From the IMG/VR virus record IMGVR_UViG_3300034012_003212, positions 196,659 through 260,658 of that record: a stretch of 64,000 nt of DNA; one strand, given 5' to 3'. This document shows positions 53,345-63,300 of the stretch, in pieces; the stretch's first letter is position 1; each line of letters begins with the position of its first letter. Under the pieces are notes generated by a model. It searched no databases. It had not been told where the DNA came from and saw only the letters and a program-made list of their open reading frames with translations. The position numbers and the translations under genes were made by a program.

Positions 53345-54535
53345 TTAAAAAAGTCTCTTTGTTGTTATCAAATTCCCAGGAACCGGGGGAAACCCAAGAA
53401 CCTCGAGAACTCTGTTCATGGGAGCTATGATGGTTTTTTCAAACTGTATGTCGAAATTCATTTTAGGCGCAAATTCGTATGGGTATGAACTCGTATGGTA
53501 CGCAAATACAACATCCTCTTCTTGGCAGTGGTAGTATTTCACCTTGTTCCCTGATTTTATCATCTCGTACTTCGATTTACATTTTTTGTTACTATTGAGG
53601 AGGTAGTTATAGTAACCCGCTGCTCTTAGGTGTATCGGACATTGTTTTCTAACGGAAAAATCCCCAGAAGATGGTATATCATTCGCTATGTACTTGTCGT
53701 AATCATTTATGGTTTTCGTCATCGATATTCTTTCTATCGGTTGAACCATAAATTCAGACTTCGCATCTTTTAACATTCTAACAAATTCGGAATACTTTAG
53801 ATCCTTCTTTTGTTTGAATATGTGTTTCATGAATGTCACCATCTTCTCTCTGACGAACACAGGAGTAGAACCCTGTATCATCTCAACGCCCTTGGGTTTT
53901 ATTTTAGAAAGACTCTCTATGTTTATACCAGGGTCTTTCCACACAGGATTTAGGATGTATTTCTTCTTTGCTATGAATATCGCAGACTCGGATATCATCT
54001 CCATTTCAAAATTCTGAAGATTCTTCGTGCCGAACTTCTTCGCGTACTGATCAAAACAGTTGTCAAGGAAATCCTTCAACCGTAGTTCATAGAGTGAAAG
54101 TATGAATTTCTTGGGATCATCTTTCCAATCACAGCTCTTAAGAACCTGGTCGAAGCTCACATAAGCACTATCCGTATCGTTGTATATCGTGCACTCGCTC
54201 ACAATCTGGTGCACATTTGATGTTATGCCGAGAGCCTCATGGAGCTGAGTGTCATTATGCCAATGCTTGTTGAAGTATATGTTTATGTACCTATCAGCAT
54301 TCTTTATTATGTCCTGCCCCTGGAGTGTTATCGATTCCGCTATATCAGTGCTATACATAATAAAATAGACACTTCCATATGCACCATAGATGGAATTGAT
54401 GAGGAGTTTTATGGATTGTTCCTGATTCGTCCTTTGCATTTTTATTGCCTCCAGACGATTTATCTCCTCTTGTATTTCTCCGGAGCTCTTACCCCGCCAT
54501 TGGTCGAGGTCAAAATTTATGGAATCAATCTTCAT
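53345..54535 (-). CDS. Family B DNA polymerase, C-terminal half only (gp43B-like)
   Basis: Motif B KLLINSIYG, motif C YNDTDS, KKKY, KGVE; no exonuclease domain or motif A; ATG 54535 with GGAG SD. Confidence 0.9.
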   Translation of the reverse strand: MKIDSINFDLDQWRGKSSGEIQEEINRLEAIKMQRTNQEQSIKLLINSIYGAYGSVYFIMYSTDIAESITLQGQDIIKNADRYINIYFNKHWHNDTQLHEALGITSNVHQIVSECTIYNDTDSAYVSFDQVLKSCDWKDDPKKFILSLYELRLKDFLDNCFDQYAKKFGTKNLQNFEMEMISESAIFIAKKKYILNPVWKDPGINIESLSKIKPKGVEMIQGSTPVFVREKMVTFMKHIFKQKKDLKYSEFVRMLKDAKSEFMVQPIERISMTKTINDYDKYIANDIPSSGDFSVRKQCPIHLRAAGYYNYLLNSNKKCKSKYEMIKSGNKVKYYHCQEEDVVFAYHTSSYPYEFAPKMNFDIQFEKTIIAPMNRVLEVLGFPPVPGNLITTKRLF

Positions 54536-55298
54536 TCTCGGCAGCTCCAATTATGGACGTCGTTTCGCTTCCATCTTGGATCAATGTTGCCACTATCTTA
54601 TCTTCGTAGATTCCCAGGCTGATGTCACTTGAATCACCTATGTACTGTAAACAATTCTTCTTTATTCTTACGTTGTTGCTTAGTTTGCCTTTTACTTCTG
54701 CTTCTAGGCGGTATTCATACATCGGAGTGAATACAACAACATTTTCTAGATCACCGTCAAATTTCAGGCTTATGGTCTCTTCGCTGTCCGCATCAAACAA
54801 TGAATAAATTTTCGACAACACTGATTTTGATATGTTTATGCTTGCTCCGTTAACGGCAGACTTTATAACCCGCTCGTATATTTCATCAGACATGCTTGTC
54901 ACATAGTCCAGCTCTGTGCACTTGTTCGAAAGCGTGAGTGATGTTGTCACAAATTTTACGTCCCTGCATACGTAAAAATTATTGGTCTCTTCGCACAGGA
55001 ACTGCACCTCAATCTCGCCTTCTCCGAGTATGTCTATGTTCTTGATAACTCGTTGAATGCTGAAGAAAGGAACTTTGATTATCTTGCCATCCCTGTCATC
55101 TTCCATTGTGCAGAAACCATCAAATTCCATCTTGCTGCGTTTGATGAAACCTCTATCGGGCGTGTGTGTTTTTGAAACAATGCATTCCTCGTGGACTTCA
55201 AGAAGAAGAGATGTGTTAACTTTTTTGAATCTGTCCAGGAATTCTTTCAGCATGCCGATCTTGTCTGTGTACATGCTAAACTTTTTGAGTTTTGCCAT
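54525..55298 (-). CDS. Sliding clamp, T4 gp45-like
   Basis: 257 aa adjacent to polymerase; pattern LKEFLDRFKKVNTSLLLEV typical of clamp N-termini. Confidence 0.65.
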   Translation of the reverse strand: MAKLKKFSMYTDKIGMLKEFLDRFKKVNTSLLLEVHEECIVSKTHTPDRGFIKRSKMEFDGFCTMEDDRDGKIIKVPFFSIQRVIKNIDILGEGEIEVQFLCEETNNFYVCRDVKFVTTSLTLSNKCTELDYVTSMSDEIYERVIKSAVNGASINISKSVLSKIYSLFDADSEETISLKFDGDLENVVVFTPMYEYRLEAEVKGKLSNNVRIKKNCLQYIGDSSDISLGIYEDKIVATLIQDGSETTSIIGAAENED

Positions 55299-55327
55299 AT
55301 TAGCTCCTAATATATTTTGGTTTAGAG

Positions 55328-56686
55328 TTATACATAAGATTCTTCTTCTTGTTCATCGTCATTTGCAAATATTTCTATGCCGTTCTCTTCTGAAACTTCA
55401 AACAATTGTTCAGCGGGTTTTATCTTCTTTCCCCTTAACTCGAAGGTCATACTGTTCACAGTTTTTTGCTGAGCTTTGAGGTCCCTTCTGATCTCATCGA
55501 GTAGTATTCTCTGGGATTTGATCGCATCCTCGGTCTTCTTTATTTCATCTGTGCTGAGCACCCTCATTTTAAGGGAATCAAGGCGATCATGTGTTCTTTT
55601 TTCATGTACCTTTAAGTGTTCCTCGATCTCAGACTGTGTTCTCTTTTTAAACATTAAAAACTTCATGTACTCGAGTTTTGCACACAGGAATTTCAGTTCT
55701 TCTGATTCTTCTTGAAGATTCCACGTCAGATTATCGAGCATGACCTTTTGATTATACTCGCTGAAATCAAGGAGGTAGTCCTCGACCCTCTCGTATTCTA
55801 CTATGCCTCGGTCCTTTACAAAAATTATGGACTCGTGTACTATCATCTTGGTTGATTTCACTACTGCGTCACAGACACGGTTCCACGAATCATTGGTCTC
55901 CGACTTTGATATGCTTATAGTTACATCCACATCGCTTGCGCTATTATTCTGAAAATCAAACGATGTTTCAGTGAGAACAGAGTTCAATTTTTTAAGGAAA
56001 GCATCAAACCTCATCATCGGCGGTATAGAGGTCACGTGTATCTTTCTCTTTTTGTCATCAACATCGACGACGCCTTCGATTATCCAGGTTCTATCATCTC
56101 CGTGCTTCTTTACCTTTCCATTAAATCCGTTGAAACTAGGTGGCACACTCTTTCTCTTTCCGTGCATGAAATCTGTTATATCTTCGAGCTTCCTTGGAAG
56201 TATCGTTGTCTTATAACCGACTGCAATTCCCATTGCGCCGGAGCACAGGCCGAATGGAGTGTCAACAATGAGATTGTCGAACACGCCGTCCTCGTTCTTT
56301 TTATTGAGGTGATAGTACCTGTTAGTTATTTCCCTCATCTTTGGATTTATCTTTACCGAAGTATACCTTGCGCTCGCTGCGTTATGGGAAACAGGACAGC
56401 CAAAGAATCCGTCACCTACCATAACGGGTTCCGCGCAGTTAAACGGCCTGGCTAACTTGTTTATCGTGGAAACTAAACTAGCATCTCCTGAGTGATATCC
56501 GGATGCTATTGCATTTCCTACGACTGTCAGCGTTTTCGTGAAAGACGACGGACAATTATCTATGAGGATCCTCTGACCATTTGTGAGAGAATCATACCAG
56601 TTTGGTATTCCTCGTGATTCTATGACGTACAATGCATAGGATCTGTATCCTACGTCTATCTGCCTTTTGATTGTTAGATCAGCCAT
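55328..56686 (-). CDS. gp52: DNA topoisomerase II subunit A (T4 gp52/GyrA-like)
   Basis: RGIPNWYDSLTNGQR, YHSGD, catalytic NAASARYT, GIAVGY. Confidence 0.93.
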   Translation of the reverse strand: MADLTIKRQIDVGYRSYALYVIESRGIPNWYDSLTNGQRILIDNCPSSFTKTLTVVGNAIASGYHSGDASLVSTINKLARPFNCAEPVMVGDGFFGCPVSHNAASARYTSVKINPKMREITNRYYHLNKKNEDGVFDNLIVDTPFGLCSGAMGIAVGYKTTILPRKLEDITDFMHGKRKSVPPSFNGFNGKVKKHGDDRTWIIEGVVDVDDKKRKIHVTSIPPMMRFDAFLKKLNSVLTETSFDFQNNSASDVDVTISISKSETNDSWNRVCDAVVKSTKMIVHESIIFVKDRGIVEYERVEDYLLDFSEYNQKVMLDNLTWNLQEESEELKFLCAKLEYMKFLMFKKRTQSEIEEHLKVHEKRTHDRLDSLKMRVLSTDEIKKTEDAIKSQRILLDEIRRDLKAQQKTVNSMTFELRGKKIKPAEQLFEVSEENGIEIFANDDEQEEESYV

Positions 56687-56697
56687 GGTATATGTGA

Positions 56698-57228
56698 TTA
56701 CTTATTTACGGAAGGTTGTGTTTGAAGCCAATCTTTTCTCCTCTGTGCAGAAGGCCCGAATGCTATGTCCAGGAAACGCAAAGATTGTGAGTCTTCTCTG
56801 AACTTTTTCAGTTCCATGTTATTGAATATCCATTCCCAGTCTTTTGTGTCGTTGCTCCCAAGACCTTTTAGATACCTAACATTCTTAGGTTTTTTTGATG
56901 CCGAAGACGAGTACTTCTTGAATTCCTCTATGCTGTAGAAATATTTGCGATCCTTTCTTCCTTCTATTTCACAAGACATGAGCGGTTTCACGAGGGTGGA
57001 AAGCTTACCTTCTTTTATGATGTAGGGAAACCAGCGATAAAAGAGATTCACTAGCAGTGATGTTATGTGCTCCCCATCACAATTTTTTGCAAGAATTCTC
57101 ACTCCGTCACAATCTATTATAAATGTATGATTTTCATCAACTGTAATGTCATACAGTTCCTGTTCTCCTTCTGTTATCTCGATTGAATCGACTCGAACCA
57201 GTGTGTATTTAGATAAATCTATATCCAT
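56698..57228 (-). CDS. Split-intein C-fragment (49 aa) fused to topoisomerase II B C-extein (TOPRIM C-terminal part, gp60-like)
   Basis: LYDITVDENHTFII (block F) and AKN/C (block G), then CDGEHITSLLVNLF and YLKGLGS. Confidence 0.92.
   Translation of the reverse strand: MDIDLSKYTLVRVDSIEITEGEQELYDITVDENHTFIIDCDGVRILAKNCDGEHITSLLVNLFYRWFPYIIKEGKLSTLVKPLMSCEIEGRKDRKYFYSIEEFKKYSSSASKKPKNVRYLKGLGSNDTKDWEWIFNNMELKKFREDSQSLRFLDIAFGPSAQRRKDWLQTQPSVNK
57082..57228 (-). mobile_element. Int-C half of split intein
   Basis: Own ATG; ends Asn followed by +1 Cys at 57079-57081. Confidence 0.9.
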
Positions 57229-57232
57229 GTTA

Positions 57233-58345
57233 TTAGATGATTAGTGTTGTTTTATTTTTCTTGAGGAATTCTATGTGTTTATTTAATTCATCTACTGTTA
57301 GATTATACGAAGATGATTCCCATATTATGAGAACTGAACAATTCAATACGGATAAAATTTGATTTATCCTTTCTTTGTCCTTATTCCAAATTTCAAACAC
57401 ACTCTTTTTTATGCTCTTGTGTATGAAAAATTCATCTTTAAAAGACTTTGGGTTTGCATGCCAGTAATCCCCGTAAAATTCTATAGCTATATTGAAATCT
57501 CTAAGATAATAGTCTAATTTCGTTACCTTTGTAACATACTTTCCTTTTTGATTTATTTTTATTTGAACTGGAAATTCTGAATCAACTGATAGATGTAACT
57601 CATGTAATTTATTCAGAACATTTTCGTCAGATATCTTTGATTTTGTAGTTCCCAGCGATCTCTTCTTTAATTTATCAATATACTCTTTCCATTTATTTTC
57701 ACCTTCTATTTCCCCATATTTTTGTAAATAAAAATTCTTTGTCCCAGCTTTCGATATCTTTTCACAGCGTTCATTATATTTCGCAGTTCCTACTTCTATT
57801 CCATATCTAGCGATATAATCATTTAAATTAGTTTTAGATGGCTTATTTTTTCTATTCTCAATCTTCTTATTTAAAACAGAAATAATCTGATCTTCTGTTA
57901 AATCCTTGTTTTTTCTTTTTACTGTAACATAGTTAATTCCCTTTAATTTAACAGATTCTTCCATGCTAATTTTATATTTGTATGAAAGATATTCTACCCT
58001 AGATCCTATATGTTCATAAATTTTTGGATTATATGGTTCATTCAAAATCTTTAAAGTGGCTTTATTTTTGCATTCTATCGTATTACATATGAATCCGTTG
58101 GAATAATTTACCTCAAATGTTTTATTTAAATGATCCACAATAAACGTTTCTTCTGCTAATTTTTCTCCGCATGAACATAGACTTCTTTCGTGTGTATCGC
58201 TAGTAACATCCGTGTAATATTTTTTTACGTAGTCGTGTAAAAGAATACCGTGTACTCTTTTTACATGGGAACCAACGTAACTATTGTTGGCTGTTAGGAT
58301 TTTATCGCATAACATACATTGGCATTTTTCTTTTTCATTTGTCAT
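57233..58345 (-). CDS. Free-standing homing endonuclease, Vsr/DUF559-like PD-(D/E)xK with N-terminal zinc finger
   Basis: CQCMLC..H..H; C-terminal DYYLRDFNIAIEFYGDYWH and VLIIWE; AT-rich; sits between intein halves. Confidence 0.85.
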   Translation of the reverse strand: MTNEKEKCQCMLCDKILTANNSYVGSHVKRVHGILLHDYVKKYYTDVTSDTHERSLCSCGEKLAEETFIVDHLNKTFEVNYSNGFICNTIECKNKATLKILNEPYNPKIYEHIGSRVEYLSYKYKISMEESVKLKGINYVTVKRKNKDLTEDQIISVLNKKIENRKNKPSKTNLNDYIARYGIEVGTAKYNERCEKISKAGTKNFYLQKYGEIEGENKWKEYIDKLKKRSLGTTKSKISDENVLNKLHELHLSVDSEFPVQIKINQKGKYVTKVTKLDYYLRDFNIAIEFYGDYWHANPKSFKDEFFIHKSIKKSVFEIWNKDKERINQILSVLNCSVLIIWESSSYNLTVDELNKHIEFLKKNKTTLII

Positions 58346-58378
58346 CCGTCGTAGTTTTTTTTCTATATACTACGACGG
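58346..58378 (-). promoter_or_regulatory. 10-bp inverted repeat abutting the endonuclease ATG, with a TATATA motif at the 5' arm/loop boundary
   Basis: Minus strand CCGTCGTAGT-ATATAGAAAAAAA-ACTACGACGG-ATG. Confidence 0.7.
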
Positions 58379-58387
58379 AATTCAGAT

Positions 58388-58663
58388 TTATTTAGAAATC
58401 ATGAAAAAATCGGTTTCTAACAAATCTTTTGCTTTGACTTCAATTACAACCCCATCCCTAACCACTAGCCATTTATGATTTTCTGAGCATGTGACTGTTT
58501 TTCCATAAATCCTTATTTTCACTAATTTATCTTCAATGCGTGATACTGTGTTAACGACTCTATTGAATGTTCCATCATGTGTGAGGACCATTTCCCCTAA
58601 TTGTATATCAGAGATTGACTTTAAACCATTTTGTGTAACTATTTTAGTATCGCCTGATAAACA
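58388..58663 (-). mobile_element. Int-N half of split intein (91 aa)
   Basis: CLSGDTKI (block A), VTCSENHKW (block B TxxH-like), then stop. Confidence 0.9.
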
Positions 58664-60100
58664 ATCCGAATCTGTCGCTATTATTAAGTCCTTGAAATCA
58701 CAAGTCTTATCCTCGAAATCAAGACCTAATATATTTATGAGATCCATCACTTCTTTGTTCGATGTCAGATCTGATATGGACTGCACATTCTTTACTTTAC
58801 CCCGGAGCGCATACACTGCATCGCCGTCTTTATCCCTGCGCTGTGCAAGGGATCCCGCTGCAGATAAACCTTCACATATGAATATCCTATTCTTTTTCTT
58901 CCCTGGAGGAAAGTACTTCTCGCTAAATTTTATGGAGTTGTCTCTTTTTGCGGATCGTATCTTCTTGAGTTCCCCTTTGTGTTGATACTCATCTATCGCT
59001 TTACGTATTGATGCCTCAACATCGCTTCCCTTGAACTCTCGTTTTAACTTATTTATGAGGGGCTCAACGAACGCCAAGAGCTCATTTCTTACTGTAACAA
59101 ACCTCGTCTTATTTTGATCACCGAAGCGCATCAACGCAGGAGGCACATTCAATGTTATCACTGTTTCATAGAATTGATGTGCCATGTCATAGCCTAGGAT
59201 TTCATTCAACGCTTCCGTCACAACAGTTTCGTGTACTTGCCTCTGGCCGGTGCTCGATGCCTGTGTTCCATTTATGAACGATGTACGTATACCACCCTGG
59301 AATTTTTTATACACGCACACAGCCCCTATTTTCGTCGTGACGGTTATACGATCTTCTGGGAAGAAATCAACTGGGAGTTGTAAAGGTTTTTCATCCCACT
59401 CGACGATAAATTCAACATTTTTCAGAATAGGATCAAAACTAAGTATCCATTTCCTGAACGCCATCTGTGTTGTGATGTAGTTTTTATCCCATTTGCACCC
59501 TGAAAACGTGCTCTTCCTTGGGATAAACGTTATCTTTGTTCCAGTTGTTCCTGACTTATTAGGTGTTATTCGGTGCCCTGTGCTTTTGAAGTTATTCCAT
59601 GTTTGGCAATACATCTGTTTTCCGTCGCAGGTTTCCACACTGAACTCATCCGATAGCATGTTGGTCAGAGATATTCCCATTCCATTTGTACCAACAATGT
59701 TCTCGTCTATCGAATCATTGTTGAAATTACTTCCTGCTCTTAACATGCAGAGCGCAGTCTCCACCATCGTCATCTTTGATTTTGGGTGAATCTTTGCTGC
59801 ATTTTTGAAACCGCCTCCGGAGTCCGAGACTGAAACAGAGTTATTTTTTGAGTTAAAGTGCACCCTGATGGTTATTCCTTTCCCCCCTTGGCGCTTGGCT
59901 TCATCGAATGCGTTGTCTATAGCCTCGTTCAGTATCTTATACATTCCAACAGAAATGGTCTTCTGTTCCTCATATATAAGATCATCCCTCAGTATTGGTA
60001 TTCTTTCCTCCGATGGCTGAACAGAACCAACGTATATCGTTGGTTTTCTCAGAACGTGTTCAAAATCGGAAAGTACCTCAATGTCTTTGTTTGCTGCCAT
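58388..60100 (-). CDS. Topoisomerase II subunit B N-extein (GHKL ATPase + TOPRIM; gp39/GyrB-like) fused to Int-N
   Basis: EAIDNAFDE, DSGGGF, GTNGMGISLTN, CEGLSA, ALRGK, ATDSD then CLSG. Confidence 0.93.
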   Translation of the reverse strand: MAANKDIEVLSDFEHVLRKPTIYVGSVQPSEERIPILRDDLIYEEQKTISVGMYKILNEAIDNAFDEAKRQGGKGITIRVHFNSKNNSVSVSDSGGGFKNAAKIHPKSKMTMVETALCMLRAGSNFNNDSIDENIVGTNGMGISLTNMLSDEFSVETCDGKQMYCQTWNNFKSTGHRITPNKSGTTGTKITFIPRKSTFSGCKWDKNYITTQMAFRKWILSFDPILKNVEFIVEWDEKPLQLPVDFFPEDRITVTTKIGAVCVYKKFQGGIRTSFINGTQASSTGQRQVHETVVTEALNEILGYDMAHQFYETVITLNVPPALMRFGDQNKTRFVTVRNELLAFVEPLINKLKREFKGSDVEASIRKAIDEYQHKGELKKIRSAKRDNSIKFSEKYFPPGKKKNRIFICEGLSAAGSLAQRRDKDGDAVYALRGKVKNVQSISDLTSNKEVMDLINILGLDFEDKTCDFKDLIIATDSDCLSGDTKIVTQNGLKSISDIQLGEMVLTHDGTFNRVVNTVSRIEDKLVKIRIYGKTVTCSENHKWLVVRDGVVIEVKAKDLLETDFFMISK

Positions 60101-60358
60101 CTATCACAATAGATAATGTGTAACACGTCAAATATATACAGGAAACCATCGAATGTTATCAATAGTTGAATTTTAAACGCATAGTATGCGAAATCATCGA
60201 ATGGTTTCTTGGATTCAGGTGCGTTTAATTTCAATCAGATTGAACCACGCCCCATCTGGATGCATGTATTCGGATGCATCTAGCCGCCATCTGGCGAAAA
60301 GATGCAAATTTATGAATGCATCTTGAATCAGAAAAACTTAAAAAAACAAAATTCGTTA

Positions 60359-63300
60359 ATGCCAACGTCAAATATTTGGGTAAATGGTACACAAGTTTAC
60401 CCAATGGGTAACCAGGACATAGGAAATTTAGGCATGCAGGGCATGCAAGGTTTACAGGGTAGCCCTGGAGGAGGTGGAGGATTCCAAGGTCTACAGGGAT
60501 TGCAGGGAATACGTGGATTCCAGGGTAGACAGGGTTCATCTGGATCCGGTTTCCAGGGATTCCAGGGGGCTTCTGCGAGCGGTTTACAGGGAAACCAAGG
60601 AATCCAAGGTCCCGCAGGAGGCGGTGGCGGCGGCTATCAGGGCCTTCAGGGTTTACAAGGCAATCAGGGAAATCAAGGTCCTATTGGCAATACCGGATCC
60701 GGTACTCAAGGCATCCAGGGTTTACAGGGAATTCAAGGTTTGCAAGGAAATCAGGGGAACCAAGGATTTCAGGGAATACAAGGTGCCACAGGCGCAGGGT
60801 CACAAGGCATTCAAGGTCTACAGGGCTTACAGGGAAATCAAGGAAATCAAGGCAGCCAAGGCGCTACAGGGGCGGGAACCCAAGGTATTCAGGGATTACA
60901 AGGAAATCAGGGTAACCAAGGTCCTGCTGGTGGAAGTGGAAACGGAACACAAGGATTCCAAGGTCTTCAAGGTCTTCAGGGATTACAGGGATTGCAGGGA
61001 AATCAAGGTAGCCAGGGTAACCAAGGTGCTACAGGAGCTGGAACCCAGGGTATCCAAGGTCTTCAGGGATTGCAAGGTCTCCAAGGTCTTCAGGGATTGC
61101 AGGGATTGCAGGGTCTTCAGGGAACTCAAGGTGCTATTGGTGCTACAGGTATAGGAACTCAAGGTCTTCAAGGATTACAAGGAGTTCAAGGCCTCCAAGG
61201 TCTTCAAGGATTGCAAGGCAATCAAGGTAACCAGGGTAATCAGGGTGCTACAGGTGCTGGTGTTCAAGGTCTTCAGGGACTGCAAGGAAATCAAGGTAAC
61301 CAAGGTCCTGCTGGTGGAAGTGGAAACGGAACACAAGGATTCCAAGGTCTTCAAGGTCTTCAGGGATTACAGGGTCTTCAGGGCATTCAAGGTGACCAAG
61401 GTAACCAAGGTAATCAGGGTGCTACAGGTGCTGGTGTTCAAGGTCTTCAGGGCTTTCAAGGTAACCAAGGTGTTGCAGGTTCATCTGGAACCCAAGGTCT
61501 TCAAGGATTGCAGGGTCTTCAGGGTCTTCAGGGTCTTCAAGGATTGCAGGGTCTGCAAGGTAACCAAGGTAACCAAGGTGTTGCAGGTTCATCTGGAACC
61601 CAGGGTCTTCAGGGATTGCAAGGTCTTCAGGGCATTCAAGGTAACCAAGGTAACCAAGGTGTTGCAGGTTCATCTGGAACCCAAGGTCTTCAGGGATTGC
61701 AAGGTCTTCAAGGATTACAAGGTCTTCAAGGTCTTCAAGGATTGCAGGGTCTGCAAGGTAACCAAGGTAACCAAGGTAACCAAGGTAACCAAGGTAACCA
61801 AGGTGTTGCAGGTTCATCTGGAACCCAGGGTCTTCAGGGATTGCAAGGTCTTCAGGGCATTCAAGGTAACCAAGGTAACCAAGGTGTTGCAGGTTCATCT
61901 GGAACCCAGGGTCTTCAGGGTCTTCAGGGTCTTCAGGGTAACCAAGGTGTCGCCGGTTCATCTGGAACCCAAGGTCTTCAGGGATTGCAAGGTCTTCAAG
62001 GATTACAAGGTCTTCAAGGATTGCAAGGAAATCAAGGAAACCAGGGACCTATAGGAACAGGAACTCAAGGTCTTCAAGGTCTTCAAGGATTGCAAGGAAA
62101 TCAAGGAAACCAGGGACCTATAGGAACAGGAACTCAAGGTCTTCAAGGTCTTCAAGGATTGCAAGGAAATCAAGGAAACCAGGGATTTCAGGGTATGCAA
62201 GGTCCTGGTGGTTCTGGTATATTCCCAAGTAATTATATTGTTCAAGGTAAATTAAATGCGGATCAAACAATATCAAGTGGTAGTGATGCTATAATTCAAT
62301 TTGTAGATGATTTTGATCCACAGAACTGGTATGATGCATCAACATATAAATTTACTCCAACAATTGAAGGTTATTATATAATAGATGCAGGGGTGTGGTT
62401 TGCAGATCCAGGTTCAACTAATGCTCAAATGAATCTGCAAGGAAGGAAGAACGCTAATACATTTGCAATAGCACAAGAACCCAATAATAGTTCAGGTACT
62501 GGTCAAAGTCTTGGATTTACAAAGATAATTTACTTAAATGGAACAACAGATTACATTGATTTCACAGTTTATCAAAGTACAGGAGTCAACAGAAATATCC
62601 AACAAGGTTCAAATGGATCTGGAACATGGTTTTCTGCTGCATTAATACCGGCAGGGGGAACACAGGGAAATCAGGGAAACCAAGGTCTTCAGGGATTGCA
62701 GGGAACTCAAGGAACTCAGGGGGTTCAGGGAACTCAAGGTCTTCAAGGTCTTCAAGGTCTTCAAGGACTTCAGGGATTGCAGGGAACTCAAGGTCTTCAA
62801 GGTCTTCAGGGATTGCAGGGAACTCAGGGGGTTCAGGGAACTCAGGGTCTTCAGGGTCTTCAAGGTCTTCAAGGTCTTCAGGGATTGCAGGGAACTCAAG
62901 GAACTCAGGGGGTTCAGGGAACTCAGGGGGTTCAGGGAACTCAAGGAACCCAAGGTCTTCAGGGTCTTCAGGGTCTTCAGGGTCTTCAGGGTCTTCAAGG
63001 TCTTCAGGGATTGCAGGGAACTCAGGGGGTTCAGGGAACTCAAGGAACCCAAGGTCTTCAGGGTCTTCAGGGTCTTCAGGGTCTTCAAGGTCTTCAGGGA
63101 TTGCAGGGAACTCAGGGGGTTCAGGGAACTCAGGGGGTTCAGGGAACTCAGGGTCTTCAGGGTCTTCAGGGTCTTCAGGGATTGCAGGGAACTCAGGGGG
63201 TTCAGGGAACTCAGGGGGTTCAGGGAACTCAGGGTCTTCAGGGTCTTCAGGGTCTTCAAGGTCTTCAGGGATTGCAGGGAACTCAGGGGGTTCAGGGAAC

